Shown piece by piece: positions 8,821-12,068 of a stretch of DNA of 12,068 bases. The notes beneath the pieces are model-generated. The model searched no databases. It saw nothing but the letters and a program-made list of their open reading frames with translations, and had not been told where the DNA came from. How positions within the stretch are numbered: the stretch's first letter is position 1; each line of letters opens with the position of its first letter. The position numbers and the translations under genes were made by a program. Source of the DNA: Candidatus Eiseniibacteriota bacterium (lineage in GTDB: Bacteria; Eisenbacteria; RBG-16-71-46); contig JANLOX010000243.1 in assembly GCA_031366795.1 (NCBI GenBank), positions 1 to 12,068 of the forward strand. Reading direction: 5' to 3'.

Positions 8821-9666
8821 TTAGTCGGCCAGGTACTCGCGCGCCAGCAGCTGCATGTCTTCCCACACCGGCCGCTTGTAGGTCGGGTTCCGGAGGCACG
8901 CCGCCGGATGATACGTCACGATCAGCTTGGAGCCTTGGTAATCGTAGGTCCGCCCGCGCAGCGACAGGATGGTGCCCTTCAGGCCGAGCAGCAGCTCGGC
9001 GGCAAACTTGCCCAGGCAGCAGATCACGCGGGGCTTGAGCACATCGAGCTGGCGCTTGAGGTACGGCGAACACTGCTCGATCTCGTGCGGGAGCGGGTTG
9101 CGGTTCTCGGGTGGCCGGCACTTGAGCACGTTGCAGATGTAGACGGTTTCGCGTGACAAGGTCATGCCCGGGATCAACTTGGCGTCGTTCATCGCCTGGA
9201 TGATGCGCGTCAGCAGTTGGCCCGCGCGGCCCACGAACGGCTCGCCCAAGCGATCCTCGTCCGCCCCCGGCGCTTCGCCCACGAACACGATGCCGCTGCG
9301 CGCGGACCCCACGCCCGGCACGGTGTTCGCGCGCGTCTCGCACAGTCCGCACTTGCGGCAGTCATGGATCTCGCTCGCCACCTGCGTCAGCACGGGCAAT
9401 GATGCGTTGAAGATCGACTCGCGCGCATCGCGACCGTGGGGGTGGTAGCCCACGATGGCGGTTGCGGCGGCGACAGGCGGCGTGGCCGGGCGCGCAGCGG
9501 CAGCGGCGGCGCGAGCCAGCGCGGCGTTCGCAGCGCGCAGTCTCGCCTCGCCATGGGCGTCGCGCGCCAGGATCTCTCCCATGCCGCGCGAGTCATCACG
9601 CTGGAGCACGTGGCGCACGCCCCGCGCGATGCTCGCCAGTTCAGCCCGGGCCGCTTCGTTGCTCAT
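8821..9666 (-). CDS. Family-4 (4Fe-4S) uracil-DNA glycosylase with N-terminal Ala/Pro-rich extension
   Basis: CxxC (CRKC), GEAPG motif A, EDxxGxPFVGRAGQLL, NVLKCRPPxNRxP, a fourth Cys in EIEQC, and TYHPAA motif B. Confidence 0.94.
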   Translation of the reverse strand: MSNEAARAELASIARGVRHVLQRDDSRGMGEILARDAHGEARLRAANAALARAAAAAARPATPPVAAATAIVGYHPHGRDARESIFNASLPVLTQVASEIHDCRKCGLCETRANTVPGVGSARSGIVFVGEAPGADEDRLGEPFVGRAGQLLTRIIQAMNDAKLIPGMTLSRETVYICNVLKCRPPENRNPLPHEIEQCSPYLKRQLDVLKPRVICCLGKFAAELLLGLKGTILSLRGRTYDYQGSKLIVTYHPAACLRNPTYKRPVWEDMQLLAREYLAD

Positions 9667-10985
9667 CGAGTGCCCCTCGCTCCGCGCTTCACGGCGCCCT
9701 TCTTCGTTGCGCCCCGCTTCGTCGCGCCCTGCTGCTTCGCGACCGCCTCCGTCGCCGCGGGTTTCGCCAACAACGCGATGGCCCGATCGAGCAGGCGCTC
9801 GGCCACTTCGCGCTTGGGCAGCACCGGCAGGCGCTGCTCGACGCGCGCCTCCACCAGCGTCACGCGGTTCGTGTCGCCCCCTAAGCCTTCTGTGGGGCTG
9901 TTCAGCACGATCATGTCGGCGTGCTTGGCGACGCGCTTCTGCCGCGCGTACTCGAGTCCGCGCGAGGTCTCGAGGGCGAAGCCGATCACGACCTGCCCCG
10001 CGCGCTTGCGCGCACCGATAGCCGCGAGGATGTCGGTGGTCGGCTCGAGCACCAGCGTCAGGGCGCCTTCGCCGCGCTTCAATTTGTCGCCCGACACACG
10101 CGCCGGCCGGTAGTCGGCGACCGCGGCCGCCATGACGACCAGGTTCGCGCGGCTCGCGGCACTCACCAGCGCCTGTTCCATCTCGGCGGCCGTGGTGACG
10201 CGCACGAGTGTCACGCCCTCGGGCGCATCGATGCTCGCGGGACCCGTGACCAGGGTGACCTCGGCGCCACGGTCACGCGCCGCCTCGGCGACGCTGTAAC
10301 CCATGCGGCCGCTTGAGCGATTCGTCAGCACGCGCACGGGATCCAGCGGTTCCTCGGTGCGCCCGGCGCCCACCAGCACGCGCACCCCCTTCATGCGGGT
10401 GCGCTGCACCAGCGCCGCATCGATCGCCTCGACGATGACGTCTGTGGCGGCCAGGCGTCCCGGCCCTTCCAACCCAGATGCCAGTGCCCCGGATTCCGGC
10501 TCCACGATGCGCGCGCCGCGATTGCGCAGCACGCGCACATTGGCCTTCGTGGCGGCGTGCCGCCACATCGCGGAGTCCATCGCCGGGCAGATCACCAGCG
10601 GCGCGCGGCAAGCGAGTACCGTGGCACTCAGGGCATCGGGCGCCTCACCGTGGACCATGCGCGCCATCAGGTCCGCGGTCGCGGGTGCTATCACCATCAC
10701 GTCCGCGGCCTCGGCGAGATCGATGTGCTCGACCTTGCCCCGGATCTTCGGCTGCGCCGCCTCGCCGACCTCGAAGCCCGGGTTCTGGTCGCCCCATAGC
10801 CCTTCGACCACCGGGTTGCCCGACAGCGTCTGCAGGCTCAGCGGCGTGACGAACTTAACCGCCGCTCTCGACATCACGACGACGACCGAGGCGCCCCGGG
10901 CCCGCAGCGCTCGAACCAGCTCGCAGCTCTTGTAGGCCGCGATGCCGCCGGAAACCCCCAGGACGATCGTGCGCCCGCGCAGCAT
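9663..10985 (-). CDS. coaBC: Bifunctional phosphopantothenoylcysteine decarboxylase / phosphopantothenate--cysteine ligase
   Basis: CoaC motifs GVSGGIAAYK, EHIDLA, APATAD and PAM. CoaB motifs TEEPLDPVR, NRSSGRMG, AAVADYRP and GFALET. Sits in the conserved gmk-rpoZ-coaBC context. Confidence 0.97.
   Translation of the reverse strand: MLRGRTIVLGVSGGIAAYKSCELVRALRARGASVVVVMSRAAVKFVTPLSLQTLSGNPVVEGLWGDQNPGFEVGEAAQPKIRGKVEHIDLAEAADVMVIAPATADLMARMVHGEAPDALSATVLACRAPLVICPAMDSAMWRHAATKANVRVLRNRGARIVEPESGALASGLEGPGRLAATDVIVEAIDAALVQRTRMKGVRVLVGAGRTEEPLDPVRVLTNRSSGRMGYSVAEAARDRGAEVTLVTGPASIDAPEGVTLVRVTTAAEMEQALVSAASRANLVVMAAAVADYRPARVSGDKLKRGEGALTLVLEPTTDILAAIGARKRAGQVVIGFALETSRGLEYARQKRVAKHADMIVLNSPTEGLGGDTNRVTLVEARVEQRLPVLPKREVAERLLDRAIALLAKPAATEAVAKQQGATKRGATKKGAVKRGARGTR
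9684..9728 (-). repeat. Three imperfect 15-bp tandem repeats encoding GATKR/GATKK/GAVKR in the CoaBC C-terminal tail
   Basis: The minus strand reads GGCGCGACGAAGCGG GGCGCAACGAAGAAG GGCGCCGTGAAGCGC, followed by a degenerate GGAGCGAGG. Confidence 0.75.
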
Positions 10986-10991
10986 CGCCGG

Positions 10992-11192
10992 CTACTTCGC
11001 GTTTTCGTCGTATTCGAACGGCACCTCGCCACGGATGGTGCGCTCGAGTGCGGTTGCCGTCGGCTTGCCGATCACGACTTCACCGGTGCGACGCGACCAC
11101 TCGTTCAGCCGGCGCGCTTCGCGGGCCGCGATAATCGACAGCTCGTACTTGTTCCGGCCGTGCGGCGGGATGAGTGAAGAGAGCTTGGTCAT
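10992..11192 (-). CDS. rpoZ: RNA polymerase omega subunit (short form)
   Basis: 66 aa with NKYELSIIAAREARRL and KPTATALE, matching the omega/Rpb6 motifs. Located between gmk and coaBC, with a GGGGA SD. Confidence 0.88.
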   Translation of the reverse strand: MTKLSSLIPPHGRNKYELSIIAAREARRLNEWSRRTGEVVIGKPTATALERTIRGEVPFEYDENAK

Positions 11193-11237
11193 GACTGTTC
11201 CCCGTTCTTCGTTGGAAGGGTCCGGCGTGAGCCGGTG

Positions 11238-11882
11238 TTAAGCGAGGTCCGTTCGCATGCGCTTCACACGCGAACGTTCCGCATCCACGATCGCGATCAG
11301 GCGGGCAGCCGCCGTCTCCACATCGTCGTTGACGATCACATAGTCGTAGTGCACGTACTGCGCCATTTCGCCCGGCGCATTGGCGAGCCGGACTTCGATC
11401 ACTTCAGGGCTGTCGGTGCCGCGCCCCACCAACCGCGCGCGCAAGGACTCGATCGAGGGCGGGTAGATGAACACCGACACGGCATCCGGCCGCGCCCGGC
11501 TCACGCTGGCGCCACCCTGCACGTCGACGTCGAGCACCACCACGCGATTCTGCTTCACGGCGTCATCGACGAATCGCGACGGCGTGCCGTAGAACTTGCC
11601 ATGCACTTCCGCCCACTCGAGGAAATGGTCCAGGGCGATGCGCCGTTCGAACTCGTCGCCCGAGACAAACTCGTACTGCACACCCTCGACCTCGCCCTCG
11701 CGCCGCGGGCGCGTAGTCGACGACACCGAGAACCGGCACTCCGGCCGCGCCTTCATCAGGCGCTCGACCAGCGTCCCCTTGCCCGCGCCCGAAGGCCCGG
11801 TGACCACGAACACCAACCCGCCCGGAGTGAACCGGACCGTAGGAGCATCATCGCGCGTCGCTTGCATGGGCTTGAGGCTCAC
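11238..11882 (-). CDS. gmk: Guanylate kinase
   Basis: P-loop GPSGAGKGT, SVSSTTRPRREGEVEG, FLEWAEVHGKFYGT, LDVDVQG and YDYVIVND. The start is GTG 11882 (overlapping the yicC stop) or ATG 11867. Confidence 0.97.
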   Translation of the reverse strand: MSLKPMQATRDDAPTVRFTPGGLVFVVTGPSGAGKGTLVERLMKARPECRFSVSSTTRPRREGEVEGVQYEFVSGDEFERRIALDHFLEWAEVHGKFYGTPSRFVDDAVKQNRVVVLDVDVQGGASVSRARPDAVSVFIYPPSIESLRARLVGRGTDSPEVIEVRLANAPGEMAQYVHYDYVIVNDDVETAAARLIAIVDAERSRVKRMRTDLA

Positions 11883-12068
11883 TCGACGTTCTGCACTTGT
11901 TCGCGCAGGCGTTCGATTTCTTCCTTAATCACGATCACCCCCCGCGTCGTGTCGACGTCGTTGGACTTGGAACCGATCGTGTTCGCCTCGCGATTCATTT
12001 CCTGCAGCAGGAAGTTGAGCTTGCGGCCCGCCAGTTCGGTGCCCTCGATGAGCGAACGGAACTGGTCG
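11879..12068 (-). CDS. yicC: YicC/YloC-family endoribonuclease, C-terminal part (starts beyond the window's right edge)
   Basis: Not in the ORF track. Manual translation gives ...GRKLNFLLQEMNREANTIGSKS...IKEEIERLREQVQNVE*, the DUF1732 signature. yicC-gmk is a classic neighbourhood. Confidence 0.93.
   Translation of the reverse strand, partial: DQFRSLIEGTELAGRKLNFLLQEMNREANTIGSKSNDVDTTRGVIVIKEEIERLREQVQNVE

Noticed and set aside
8765..9352. 196-codon N-terminal extension of DnaB in the 670-aa ORF, or a possible UDG-DnaB frameshift fusion
   Set aside because: It overlaps the well-supported UDG in another frame and is Arg/Ala/Pro-rich like an off-frame translation. ATG 8764 has its own SD and gives a normal DnaB length. 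I saw no slippery site.
11222..11235. CCGGC-N4-GCCGG hairpin after the gmk stop as a terminator
   Set aside because: The stem is only 5 bp and no U-tract follows on the coding strand. This is expected by chance at this GC content.

Overview
GC-rich bacterial housekeeping region. All credible genes lie on the minus strand and are tightly packed, like one long operon. In transcription order (right to left): yicC/yloC (3' part) - gmk - rpoZ - coaBC - family-4 (Fe-S) uracil-DNA glycosylase - dnaB - MlaE permease - MlaF ATPase - long MlaD/MCE protein - radA - YbaK/ProX-family tRNA-editing protein - ispD - ispF - gltX - ddl (5' part). The ddl and yicC fragments are missing from the ORF track and were translated by hand. 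The true starts of dnaB and mlaF lie well downstream of the track's starts. I found no RNA genes, mobile elements, CRISPR arrays or defence systems, and no clearly novel system. The best leads are small-scale: (1) ispD and ispF are in frame and separated by a single TGA; (2) CoaBC has Ser and Asp at the canonical catalytic Cys and Asn positions, plus a basic pentapeptide-repeat tail; (3) a three-gene Mla/MCE system has an elongated MlaD ending in a beta-signal-like strand; (4) the GluRS is probably non-discriminating; (5) a trans-editing gene sits between radA and ispD. The gene order and motifs suggest a diderm FCB-related lineage such as Gemmatimonadota or Eisenbacteria, but this is inference only.
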